Shown here in pieces: positions 52,990 through 61,911 of a stretch of 64,000 bases of DNA (position 1 is the stretch's first letter; each line of letters starts with the position of its first letter). The stretch comes from an uncultured Gammaproteobacteria bacterium (GTDB lineage Bacteria > Pseudomonadota > Gammaproteobacteria > Steroidobacterales > Woeseiaceae): the NCBI GenBank assembly GCA_963841145.1, contig CAWJBO010000005.1, positions 213-64,212 on the forward strand, read 5' to 3'. The notes beneath the pieces are model-generated. The model was not told the origin of the DNA. It was given only the letters and a program-made list of their open reading frames with translations, and ran no database searches. The position numbers and the translations under genes were made by a program.

Positions 52990-53931
52990 CTACGGGGTTT
53001 TTTCCTGCATGAGAAAGACCCGCCGTGGCGCAAGCGTGCCCTCGCCCACAAGCTCTCCCACTCCCAAAAATCGGTCCCTCACGCCGTACACGCGAGCCAG
53101 TCCTGCGCGGCTCTCGGCGGCCACAGGGACCGCCTGTCCGCCCCTGAAACGCTCATCGGCGCCCTCATCGAGGGTGACCGAGGGAAATTCCTGCAACGCC
53201 ACATCGGGCGCCAGCAGCCGCTCCTTGAGGGCAGCCACGTCTTCCTCCGCCAGGCTCTCTACCGCCGTGAGATCCAGCATATCTTCGGGCCGGAAGTGCC
53301 CGACCGTTTCCCGGTGCAATCTCGCCGTATGCGCGAGGGTCCCGGCGCGCTGCGCTATATCCTCGACCAGCGTCCTCACGTAGGTACCCTTGGAGCACGA
53401 GACTCGGAACACGAGCCGTGACCCCGCCAGCTCCAGGAGCTCAATATCGTGGATAGTGATCGGCCGAGGCTCTCGCTCAACGACCTCTCCCTTCCTGGCG
53501 AGCTCGTAGAGCCGCTTGCCGTCTTTCTTCAGCGCCGAGTACATCGGCGGGATCTGCGTGGACTGACCACGAAACCCGTCCAGCACGCTGAGCCACTCGT
53601 CTCGCGAAAGCTCTGGAACATTCGCGGTCGCGACCTCCTTGCCATCCGCATCGCCGGTGTCGGTTTTGCTACCGAGCTTCGCAGTCACCCGGTAGGTCTT
53701 GTCTGCATCCAGCAGGTAGGCACACACCTTGGTTGCCTCACCGAAACAAAGTGGCAGCATGCCGGTGGCCGCGGGATCGAGACTCCCCGTGTGGCCTGCC
53801 TTTTTCGCGTTCAGCAGCCGCTTGACTATCTGCAGCGCCCGGTTCGACGTAATGCCACTGGGTTTGTTCAATAACAACAACCCGTCGACCGCCTCTTTCG
53901 GGCGTCTTACCTGCTTCACGCTTGCGCTCAC
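52990..53931 (-). CDS. truB: tRNA pseudouridine(55) synthase
   Basis: 313-aa ORF (GLLLLNKPSGITSN...GHTGSLDPAATGMLPLCFG). Confidence 0.95.
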   Translation of the reverse strand: MSASVKQVRRPKEAVDGLLLLNKPSGITSNRALQIVKRLLNAKKAGHTGSLDPAATGMLPLCFGEATKVCAYLLDADKTYRVTAKLGSKTDTGDADGKEVATANVPELSRDEWLSVLDGFRGQSTQIPPMYSALKKDGKRLYELARKGEVVEREPRPITIHDIELLELAGSRLVFRVSCSKGTYVRTLVEDIAQRAGTLAHTARLHRETVGHFRPEDMLDLTAVESLAEEDVAALKERLLAPDVALQEFPSVTLDEGADERFRGGQAVPVAAESRAGLARVYGVRDRFLGVGELVGEGTLAPRRVFLMQEKTP

Positions 53932-54290
53932 TGTGACGCGTCAGACTTTAGTGCGCCGTCGATCAGCTCGGCGATACGCTGCCCTTCAGCCGCGCTGTCG
54001 TCGTGCTCAAATCGCAATTCCGGAACATGTCGTACCTTGATCGCCTGACCGAGTTTCGCGCGCAGGAACCCGGAAGCTTTCTCCAGGCCAGTCTGCGCCT
54101 GCACCGGATCGGCAGCAGGGTCCAGCAGGCTGAAATACACACGTGCAACGCTCAGGTCCCTTGTCAGATCGACGGCAGACAGCGACACACCGTCGAGGCG
54201 AGGGTCCTTGGTCTCAAAGCGCAACAACTCGTTCAGCGTGCGCAATACCTGGTTGCCGAGACGTTGATTTCGTGTGAATTCGCGAGCCAT
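53928..54290 (-). CDS. rbfA: ribosome-binding factor A
   Basis: 120 aa from ATG 54290 (MAREFTRNQRLGNQVLRTLNELL...). The longer track ORF is a 5' extension that overlaps infB. Confidence 0.92.
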   Translation of the reverse strand: MAREFTRNQRLGNQVLRTLNELLRFETKDPRLDGVSLSAVDLTRDLSVARVYFSLLDPAADPVQAQTGLEKASGFLRAKLGQAIKVRHVPELRFEHDDSAAEGQRIAELIDGALKSDASQ

Positions 54291-54306
54291 ATTGTTTCGC
54301 TGCCGA

Positions 54307-56835
54307 CTATGAGTCGAGCGTTCTTGCGACCTCGATGCGCTCGAAACACTCGATCTGGTCGCCAACCTTGACGTCCGCATAGTTCTTGACGCCGATGCCG
54401 CATTCCGTACCGGAACGGACCTCGTTGACGTCGTCCTTGAAGCGTCGCAGCGACTCCAGCTCGCCCTCGTAGATAACGACGTTGTCACGCAGTACACGAA
54501 TCGGATTCGAGCGTTTCACGTAGCCCTCACTAACGATACAGCCTGCGATGTCACCGAATTTCGGTGAACTGAATACGTCCTTGACCTCGGCGAGCCCGAC
54601 GATCTGCTCACGAATCTCAGGAGCGAGCAAGCCGGTTAGCGCCAATCTGACGTCGTCAATAGCTTCGTAGATGATGCTGTAGTAACGCACGTCGACGCCG
54701 GACTCTTTGATAGCCGTACGTGCCGCCGCATCGGCGCGAACATTGAAGCCGATAATTACAGCTTTGGAAGCTGCCGCAAGGTTGGCGTCTGTTTCCGTGA
54801 TACCACCGACGCCCGAACTCAGGACGTTAACCTTGACCTCGTCGTTAGACAGTTTTGTCAGCGCGTCGCGCAACGCCTCAGCACTACCATGCACATCGGA
54901 CTTGATGATCACCGGCACCGTAGAAGCCTCGCCGTCCTGCATCTTGCTGAACATGTCCTCCAGCTTCGAGGCCTGTTGCTGTGCAAGCTTCGCCTCGCGC
55001 GTCTTGCCCTGGCGGAACTCCGCAACTTCTCGCGCCTTGCGCTCGTTCTTCACCACAAGAAAGTCGTCACCGGCGCTCGGCGTTTTGGATAGCCCGAGTA
55101 CGACCGCGGGCGAAGAAGGACCCGCCTCTTTAATCGATGTGCCCGTCTCGTCGAACATGTTGCGAATTCGCCCATATTCTTCGCCGGCGATGATCATGTC
55201 ACCCTGGCGCAGCGTTCCCGATTGCACCAGCAGCGTGGCAACAGAGCCGCGACCTTTCTCCAGGCTACCCTCGATCACCAGACCATGAGCCGGCCCTTCG
55301 GTAACTGCCTTGAGATCCATGACCTCGGCCTGCAGCAGAATCGCGTCGAGCAGCGCGTCAACGCCGTCACCAGTAATGGCCGAAACGTTTGCGAACATCT
55401 GTTCGCCACCCCAATCCTCGGGAATCACTTCGTGTTGTGTCAGCTCGTTCTTCACACGCTCGGGATCGGCATTCTCGCGATCGATCTTGTTGATGGCGAC
55501 AACCAACGGCACGCCGGCCGCCTTCGAGTGCTTAATGGCCTCGATCGTCTGCGGCATCACCCCATCATCAGCGGCAACGACCAGCACTACGATGTCCGTT
55601 GCCTGCGCGCCGCGTGCACGCATCGCGGTAAACGCGGCGTGTCCCGGTGTATCCAGGAACGTAATTTTGCCCTTTTCCGTCTCGACGGAATACGCGCCAA
55701 TATGCTGCGTTATGCCGCCCGCCTCGTGATCGGCCACCTTCGTGCGGCGAATGTAATCAAGCAACGACGTCTTGCCGTGATCGACATGGCCCATGATCGT
55801 CACGACCGGTGAACGGGGAAGCTGATCGCCCGTCTGCTGCTCTTCACCGGCAAGCAGCTGCTCGTCCATCTCGGCCGACTCGACCTGCTTCGCTATGTGA
55901 CCAAGCTCTTCGACGACCAGCGTTGCGGTGTCCTGATCGATAACCTGGTTGATGGTGACCATCGCGCCCATGTTGAACAGGATCTTGACAACCTCGTTGC
56001 CCTTGATGGCCATCTGCTGCGCCAAATCGGCAACAGAGATGTTCTCGGGGATCTCCACCTCGTGGATGACCGGCGCAGTTGGCCGCTCAAAACCGTGCTT
56101 CGAATCGCCGCCCATCGATACGGGACGGCGGCGCGTAGGTGTCTTGCGCTTGCGGCGACCGCTCTTGTCACCGGCAACGTGAAGTTCCTTGCGACCATAG
56201 CGCGTTTCCGCGCGACCCTGCTTCGGCTTCGCTTTTTCCTTCGTGCGTCGGGCCCTGGCATCGGCCTCGGCTTTCTCGAGTCGCGTCTTTTCTTCAGCAG
56301 CGTCCCGCACCGCGTTCTCCGCAGCGACGCGCGCCTGTTCTTCAGCACTCGCCTGCGCCTGCTTTTCTTTCTCGAGCTCGGCCACTTTGCGCTTTTCGGC
56401 CTCTTCCTTCTCTACCTTCAGCCGCTCTTCCTCGCGCGCAGCGGCGGCGATACGTTCCTCTTCCTCATGCCGAACGCGATCGAGCTCGTCCTGCTCATCC
56501 TGCGCCTGCTTCTCGAGTACGTCGCGCTTAATATAGGTACGCTTGCGGCGAACTTCGACGTTCACCGTACGTGAGCGCCCCTGGTTGCCGGAAAGTCGCA
56601 GCTCGCTCTGCGACTTGCGCTTCAGCGTAATGCTTCGCGGCGCCGCAGCCGTCGCCGGAGTGTCGTCCTGCCCGTGCGCCCGGCGCAGGTGAGACAACAA
56701 CTCGAGCTTCGCGTCTTCGCTGATCATGTCGTCGGATCCGCTGACCTTAATGCCAGCCTCATCGAGCTGCGTCAGCAGCTTCTCGACCGGTACTTTCAGT
56801 ACCTCAGCAAATTGTGTAATTGTCACATCAGCCAT
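54307..56835 (-). CDS. infB: translation initiation factor IF-2
   Basis: 842-aa ORF with a charged N-terminal region and a GTPase domain ([25 protein letters not shown]). Confidence 0.97.
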   Translation of the reverse strand: MADVTITQFAEVLKVPVEKLLTQLDEAGIKVSGSDDMISEDAKLELLSHLRRAHGQDDTPATAAAPRSITLKRKSQSELRLSGNQGRSRTVNVEVRRKRTYIKRDVLEKQAQDEQDELDRVRHEEEERIAAAAREEERLKVEKEEAEKRKVAELEKEKQAQASAEEQARVAAENAVRDAAEEKTRLEKAEADARARRTKEKAKPKQGRAETRYGRKELHVAGDKSGRRKRKTPTRRRPVSMGGDSKHGFERPTAPVIHEVEIPENISVADLAQQMAIKGNEVVKILFNMGAMVTINQVIDQDTATLVVEELGHIAKQVESAEMDEQLLAGEEQQTGDQLPRSPVVTIMGHVDHGKTSLLDYIRRTKVADHEAGGITQHIGAYSVETEKGKITFLDTPGHAAFTAMRARGAQATDIVVLVVAADDGVMPQTIEAIKHSKAAGVPLVVAINKIDRENADPERVKNELTQHEVIPEDWGGEQMFANVSAITGDGVDALLDAILLQAEVMDLKAVTEGPAHGLVIEGSLEKGRGSVATLLVQSGTLRQGDMIIAGEEYGRIRNMFDETGTSIKEAGPSSPAVVLGLSKTPSAGDDFLVVKNERKAREVAEFRQGKTREAKLAQQQASKLEDMFSKMQDGEASTVPVIIKSDVHGSAEALRDALTKLSNDEVKVNVLSSGVGGITETDANLAAASKAVIIGFNVRADAAARTAIKESGVDVRYYSIIYEAIDDVRLALTGLLAPEIREQIVGLAEVKDVFSSPKFGDIAGCIVSEGYVKRSNPIRVLRDNVVIYEGELESLRRFKDDVNEVRSGTECGIGVKNYADVKVGDQIECFERIEVARTLDS

Positions 56836-56866
56836 TCGTAAACTCCGTACCTAATTCTTGAGGCCG

Positions 56867-58369
56867 TTACGCCTGCTGTTCTTCTTCGAACCAGTGAGCG
56901 CGCGCTTTCATAATCAGCGCCGCGGCATCTTCCGCGTCCATCTCATGGATCTCAAGAAGATCGTCGGTCGCCAGCTCGGCGAGATCCTCGCGAGTAACAA
57001 CACCCTTACTGGCCAGCAAAAACGCCAGCCCTTTATCCATGCCTTCAAGACTCAACAAGTCTTCGGCAGGCTCTACTTCGTCTATCTTCTCTTCCTGAAC
57101 GATCGCCTGCGTCAGCAGCACGTCGCGTGCGCGACTCCGCAACTCGTCAACGATGCCCTCATCAAATTCTTCAATCTCAACAAGCTCAGACGCGGGCACA
57201 TAGGCGACTTCCTCGATCGTCGAAAAGCCTTCCTGAACGAGGATCAGGGAGACTTCTTCGTCCACGTCCAGCTGCTTCGAGAACAGCGCGATCAGATCGC
57301 GCATCTCGGATTCGCTCTTCTCTTCAGCGTCGGCCGCCGTCATGACATTGAGCTCCCAGCCGGTCAGCTCGCTCGCCAGTCGTATGTTCTGACCGCCGCG
57401 GCCAATCGCCTGCGAAAGCTTGTCCTCTTCGACGGCGATATCCATGCTGTGCTTGTCTTCATCAACGACGATCGAAACCACCTCGGCGGGTGACATCGAA
57501 TTAACGACAAACTGCGCCGTGTTGTCGTCCCAGAGAATGATGTCTACACGCTCGCCTGCAAGCTCGTTAGAAACCGCCTGCACACGTGAACCACGCATAC
57601 CCACACACGCGCCGACAGCGTCAATGCGACTGTCATTGCTGCGTACGGCGATTTTCGCGCGCAGGCCGGGGTCGCGAGCTGCGCCGAGAATATCGATCAG
57701 GCCCTGGCCGACCTCGGGTACTTCGATCTTGAAAAGCTCAACCAGGAACTGCGGCGACGTGCGCGTCATAAAGAGCTGCGGTCCGCGAGGCTCGGAACGA
57801 ACCTCCGTCAGCAGCGCCTTGATACGATCCTGGGGCCGCACCGGCTCACGAGGCACCATATGCTCGCGCGGCACGAAACCTTCCGCATTGCCACCGAGGT
57901 CGATATACACGCCATTACGATCGACGCGCTTGACAAGCCCGGACAGCATCTCGCCTGCGCGATCCTGGTACTCTTCGACAACCTGCTCGCGCTCGGCCTC
58001 GCGGACCTTCTGCACGATGACCTGTTTTGCCGTCTGTGCCGCAATGCGACCGAATTCTACCGACTCCATCGGAATCTCGACGTAGCCACCCGGCTCCGCG
58101 TCTTCGTCAACATCGACAGCATCGATCATGCGCAACTCGCGATCAGGCACCTCCAGCTCCGTGGATTCGTCCTCGAACACCAGCCAGCGTCGAAACGTGT
58201 CGTAATCGCCGGTTTCACGGTCAATCGCGACACGGACTTCGATGTCCTCGCCGTGCTTTCTCCGCGTTGCTGACGCCAGCGCCGCTTCGATTGCCTCGAA
58301 TATGATGTCCTTCTCAACGCCCTTTTCGTTCGAAACGGCGTCAACAACCATCAGGATCTCTTTGCTCAT
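56867..58369 (-). CDS. nusA: transcription termination/antitermination factor NusA
   Basis: 500-aa ORF with an N-terminal domain, S1, KH1/KH2 and C-terminal acidic repeats. Confidence 0.97.
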   Translation of the reverse strand: MSKEILMVVDAVSNEKGVEKDIIFEAIEAALASATRRKHGEDIEVRVAIDRETGDYDTFRRWLVFEDESTELEVPDRELRMIDAVDVDEDAEPGGYVEIPMESVEFGRIAAQTAKQVIVQKVREAEREQVVEEYQDRAGEMLSGLVKRVDRNGVYIDLGGNAEGFVPREHMVPREPVRPQDRIKALLTEVRSEPRGPQLFMTRTSPQFLVELFKIEVPEVGQGLIDILGAARDPGLRAKIAVRSNDSRIDAVGACVGMRGSRVQAVSNELAGERVDIILWDDNTAQFVVNSMSPAEVVSIVVDEDKHSMDIAVEEDKLSQAIGRGGQNIRLASELTGWELNVMTAADAEEKSESEMRDLIALFSKQLDVDEEVSLILVQEGFSTIEEVAYVPASELVEIEEFDEGIVDELRSRARDVLLTQAIVQEEKIDEVEPAEDLLSLEGMDKGLAFLLASKGVVTREDLAELATDDLLEIHEMDAEDAAALIMKARAHWFEEEQQA

Positions 58370-58398
58370 TACCTAAAACTCCAAATATCCCGCGCGGG

Positions 58399-58851
58399 TT
58401 AAGCCGCTTCGGGTACCAGCCGGGCCGTATCAATCGTCGTCAGCGCCAGGCTGTGCTTCTGACCGTCTACCTCGACCACAATCTTTTCCTCATCCACCGA
58501 CATCAGTTTGCCGCGGAATCGCCTGCGTCCCTCTACCGGGAAGCGCATCGTCACTTTCAGAGTCTCACCCATAAACCTCTGAAAATGCTCAATTTTCGTT
58601 AACTTCCTATCCAGCCCGGGCGACGACACTTCAAGGTCGTAGTTGCCCGGCACCGGGTCGTCTACATCCAGCAGCGCGCTCACCGCCGCGCTGACTTTTT
58701 CACAATCGCCAAGCCCAATACCATCAGGTTTGTCGATAAACACTCGCACCAGGCCGCCCTTACTGCCCAACCGGACTTCCAGGTCCGCCAGTTCGTAGCC
58801 AAGCCTTTCGATGGCCGGTTCAAGCAAAGCCATTAACTCATCTGCCGTCAT
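58399..58851 (-). CDS. rimP: ribosome maturation factor RimP
   Basis: 150 aa from ATG 58851, after AGGA (MTADELMALLEPAIERLGYELADLEV...). The track ORF has a 22-codon extension. Confidence 0.9.
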   Translation of the reverse strand: MTADELMALLEPAIERLGYELADLEVRLGSKGGLVRVFIDKPDGIGLGDCEKVSAAVSALLDVDDPVPGNYDLEVSSPGLDRKLTKIEHFQRFMGETLKVTMRFPVEGRRRFRGKLMSVDEEKIVVEVDGQKHSLALTTIDTARLVPEAA

Positions 58852-58948
58852 TTTCCTGCCCGCGCTACGCCTAACTACTTGTTTCAAAAACAAAAAAAGG
58901 GCCATTGGCCCATTCATTCCCAGCGCAAAATCGTGTTGTCAAGACAAC

Positions 58949-59050
58949 AAAAAACCCCTGAGCGGGGCCTGTATCTACCAAGAACCTGGTAGCGAGGCAT
59001 ACTGAACTTGCCTCCCTGCGGGCCCTAACAACAGCCCCTTGGTGCGCTGG
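58949..59050 (-). ncRNA. candidate ~100-nt small RNA upstream of rimP
   Basis: On the minus strand: TTGCGC (59086-59081), an 18-nt spacer, then a perfect TATAAT (59062-59057). Two internal hairpins follow (gaggca/tgcctc and ctacca/tggtag). It ends in the terminator ccccgctcagggg plus T6 (58967-58949). No tRNA cloverleaf and no known family recognised. Confidence 0.3.
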
Positions 59051-59193
59051 CGCCGGATTATACGGCAATCGCGGCCGCCCGCGCAATGGCGAAATGAGCC
59101 CCGGTTTACCATCAAAAAAAAGCCTGCTCCCGGGCCCTTGAGATGGCAAAATTCAGGTTCTCATATCCGCAATCCTGAACCCTGGATACGACC

Positions 59194-60651
59194 ATGCTCA
59201 CGCTGAAAGACCAATCGCTGCTCAGACGCCAGAACTTCATCGATGGAGCGTGGGTGGACGGCGGCGCGGGCTCGATAGACGTTACCAACCCTGCCAACGG
59301 CGAAGTCGTTGTCACAACAGCGAACGGTGATGCCGCGGATGCCGAGCGCGCTGTTGAGTCTGCCGCAGCGGCCTTCAAGACGTGGAGTCGTGTACCGGCC
59401 CGGCAGCGCGCCGTGCTGCTCAGAAATTGGTTCAACCTGTTAATGGAAAACGCCGATGACCTGGGCGCAATCATGACCGCCGAGCAGGGCAAACCGCTGT
59501 TCGAGTCCGTCGGCGAGGTCGCCTACGGCGCCTCCTTCATCGAGTATTACGCGGAAGAATGCAAACGCGTAATGGGCGATACGATCCCGACAATCGCCAA
59601 CGATCGCCGTCTGCAGACCTACAAGCAGCCGGTGGGGGTCGTCGGATGCATTACGCCGTGGAACTTCCCCAACGCGATGATTGGTCGGAAAGCGGGCCCT
59701 GCACTTGCCGCCGGCTGCACGATCGTCATCAAACCCGCCACAGAAACACCGCTCTCGGCCCTGGCGATGTGTGACCTCGCAGACCGCGCCGGCATTCCGA
59801 AAGGCGTCATCAACGTCGTTGCAGGAAAAGACTCGAGCGGTATAGGCAAGGTCCTCACCCAGCACGACAAGATCGGCAAATTCACATTCACCGGATCAAC
59901 AGCGGTCGGCAAGATGCTGATGGCGCAGTGTGCAAAGGGCGTCAAAAAACTCTCGCTCGAACTTGGCGGCAACGCGCCATTTATCGTCTTCGACGACGCC
60001 GACATCGACGCTGCCGTAGCAGACTGCATGGGTACCAAGTTCCGCAACTGTGGGCAGACCTGCGTCTGTACAAATCGAATCTATGTGCAAAACGGGGTCG
60101 CCGAGGCATTCACCGCGAAACTGCAGGCCGCCATCGAAGCGCTTCGAGTTGGTGATGGCTTCGACACAGACACGACGACTGGTCCGCTGGTGAACCAGGC
60201 CGCAATGGTCGATATGCAGGCCTTTGTCGATGACGCCGCCGCAAAAGGTGCCAATGTTGTCACCGGTGGCGGGAAGCATGCCCTGGGCCACTGTTTTTTC
60301 GAACCGACCCTGCTGACGGGTATCTCGAGCGACATGCGCGTTGCAAATGAAGAAATATTTGGCCCGATTGCCGCGGTCCAGACCTTTGAGAACGAAGACG
60401 AGGTCATCGCGCGGGCAAATGATACCGAGTACGGTCTCGCCGCTTATTATTTCACACGTGATATCGGCCGCGTCATGCGGGTTGCCGAGCGGCTTGAATA
60501 CGGCATCGTCTGCTCCAACTCCGGCGTATTCTCCACCGAGGTAGCGCCGTTTGGTGGCTGGAAACAGTCGGGTCTCGGCTCCGAGGGCGGCAAAGAAGGC
60601 ATTGCGGAATACTTCGAGACCAAGTTCCACTCGATGGGCGGCATCGAATAG
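59194..60651 (+). CDS. gabD: NAD(P)-dependent succinate-semialdehyde dehydrogenase
   Basis: 485-aa ORF with aldehyde dehydrogenase motifs (LELGGNAPFIVFDDAD, FRNCGQTCVCTNR, EEIFGP). Confidence 0.9.
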   Translation: MLTLKDQSLLRRQNFIDGAWVDGGAGSIDVTNPANGEVVVTTANGDAADAERAVESAAAAFKTWSRVPARQRAVLLRNWFNLLMENADDLGAIMTAEQGKPLFESVGEVAYGASFIEYYAEECKRVMGDTIPTIANDRRLQTYKQPVGVVGCITPWNFPNAMIGRKAGPALAAGCTIVIKPATETPLSALAMCDLADRAGIPKGVINVVAGKDSSGIGKVLTQHDKIGKFTFTGSTAVGKMLMAQCAKGVKKLSLELGGNAPFIVFDDADIDAAVADCMGTKFRNCGQTCVCTNRIYVQNGVAEAFTAKLQAAIEALRVGDGFDTDTTTGPLVNQAAMVDMQAFVDDAAAKGANVVTGGGKHALGHCFFEPTLLTGISSDMRVANEEIFGPIAAVQTFENEDEVIARANDTEYGLAAYYFTRDIGRVMRVAERLEYGIVCSNSGVFSTEVAPFGGWKQSGLGSEGGKEGIAEYFETKFHSMGGIE

Positions 60652-60678
60652 CCGCGATCGTGCTACGCGACTAATATC

Positions 60679-61911
60679 ATGTATGACTACGTCTTAATTG
60701 GTGGGGGGATCGTCGGCTTATCAACGGCGTGGCAGCTCAAGCAGCGGCATCCGGAAAAAAGCGTGCTGTTACTTGAGAAAGAAGCGCAGGTCACGAGCCA
60801 CCAGACGGGACACAACAGCGGCGTCATTCATGCCGGTGTCTACTACGAGCCGGGCAGCCTGAAAGCCGAGTTGTGCAAAGCCGGCATGGCGGCAACCATC
60901 GAGTTTTGCGAAAGCAACGACATACCCTACGAGCAATGCGGCAAGCTACTGGTCGCTACCGACGATATCGAACTCGAACGCATGCAGGCGCTGTACGAGC
61001 GTGCAAAAGACAATGGCCTCGATGTTGAGCTAATCAGCGCCGACGAATTGCGTCGCCGCGAACCCAACGTCGAAGGCGTAGGCGCATTCCTGGTCCGGTC
61101 GACGGGCATCGTTGATTACCGGCAAATAGGCCAGCGGATGGCCGAACTGTTCACACAACTGGGCGGCGAAATTCGGCTGAGTGCCCGCGTTACGGAGCTT
61201 CATGAAGACGCCAACTGCATCACCATCACGACTGCAGACGGCGAGACCATTGAGGCGCGTTACCTGATCGCCTGCGCCGGCCTGATGGCCGATCGTGTTA
61301 TGCGCATGCAGGGTCTCAATCCCGACTTTCAGATCGTCCCTTACCGTGGCGAGTACTTTCGACTACCGGCGAAGATGAACAGTATCGTCAGGCATCTGAT
61401 CTACCCGATACCCGACCCGGAATTGCCGTTTCTCGGTGTACACCTGACACGCATGATCGACGGCTCCGTCACTGTAGGCCCGAACGCGGTTCAAGGCTGG
61501 AAGCGAGAGGGCTACGGCGCAATCAATTTCAGCCCGCGCGACGTTGCCGACATGCTCGGGTTCCCGGGCTTCTGGAAGGTAGCGATGAAGAACCTCGGAA
61601 CCGGCATCGCCGAAACCTGGGACTCACTCTGGAAACCGGGCTACCTCAAGCGAGTGCAGAAGTACTGTCCGTCGATTCAGTTGAAGGACCTCGAGCCCTA
61701 CCCCGCCGGGATCCGCGCGCAGGCGGTGCTGCGCGACGGCACTCTCGTGCACGACTTCCTGTTTGCGGACAGCCCGCGCAGCCTGCACGTCTGTAATGCA
61801 CCATCGCCCGCAGCAACGTCTGCGATTCCGATCGGCGAGTACATCTGCGACAAGGTTATGCAATCTCAGGAAATTGACACGCGGCTCGTCGGCGGACTCG
61901 TATCAGAGTGA
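60679..61911 (+). CDS. lhgO: L-2-hydroxyglutarate oxidase (FAD-dependent)
   Basis: 410-aa ORF with an FAD-binding N-terminus (YDYVLIGGGIVGLSTAW) and HQTGHNSGVIHAGVYY. It is adjacent to gabD. Confidence 0.85.
   Translation: MYDYVLIGGGIVGLSTAWQLKQRHPEKSVLLLEKEAQVTSHQTGHNSGVIHAGVYYEPGSLKAELCKAGMAATIEFCESNDIPYEQCGKLLVATDDIELERMQALYERAKDNGLDVELISADELRRREPNVEGVGAFLVRSTGIVDYRQIGQRMAELFTQLGGEIRLSARVTELHEDANCITITTADGETIEARYLIACAGLMADRVMRMQGLNPDFQIVPYRGEYFRLPAKMNSIVRHLIYPIPDPELPFLGVHLTRMIDGSVTVGPNAVQGWKREGYGAINFSPRDVADMLGFPGFWKVAMKNLGTGIAETWDSLWKPGYLKRVQKYCPSIQLKDLEPYPAGIRAQAVLRDGTLVHDFLFADSPRSLHVCNAPSPAATSAIPIGEYICDKVMQSQEIDTRLVGGLVSE

Noticed and set aside
53928-54497. 189-aa ORF extending rbfA upstream
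   Set aside because: The extension overlaps the infB 3' end and is Ser/Arg-rich noise. The canonical RbfA N-terminus MAREFTRNQR starts at 54290.
58852-59193. tRNA-fMet (metY) upstream of rimP, and thrS upstream of infC (7978-8131)
   Set aside because: I looked for both by analogy with E. coli. No cloverleaf-compatible sequence lies upstream of rimP, and infC is preceded by tRNA-Val and uvrB rather than thrS. This is a synteny difference, not a missed gene.
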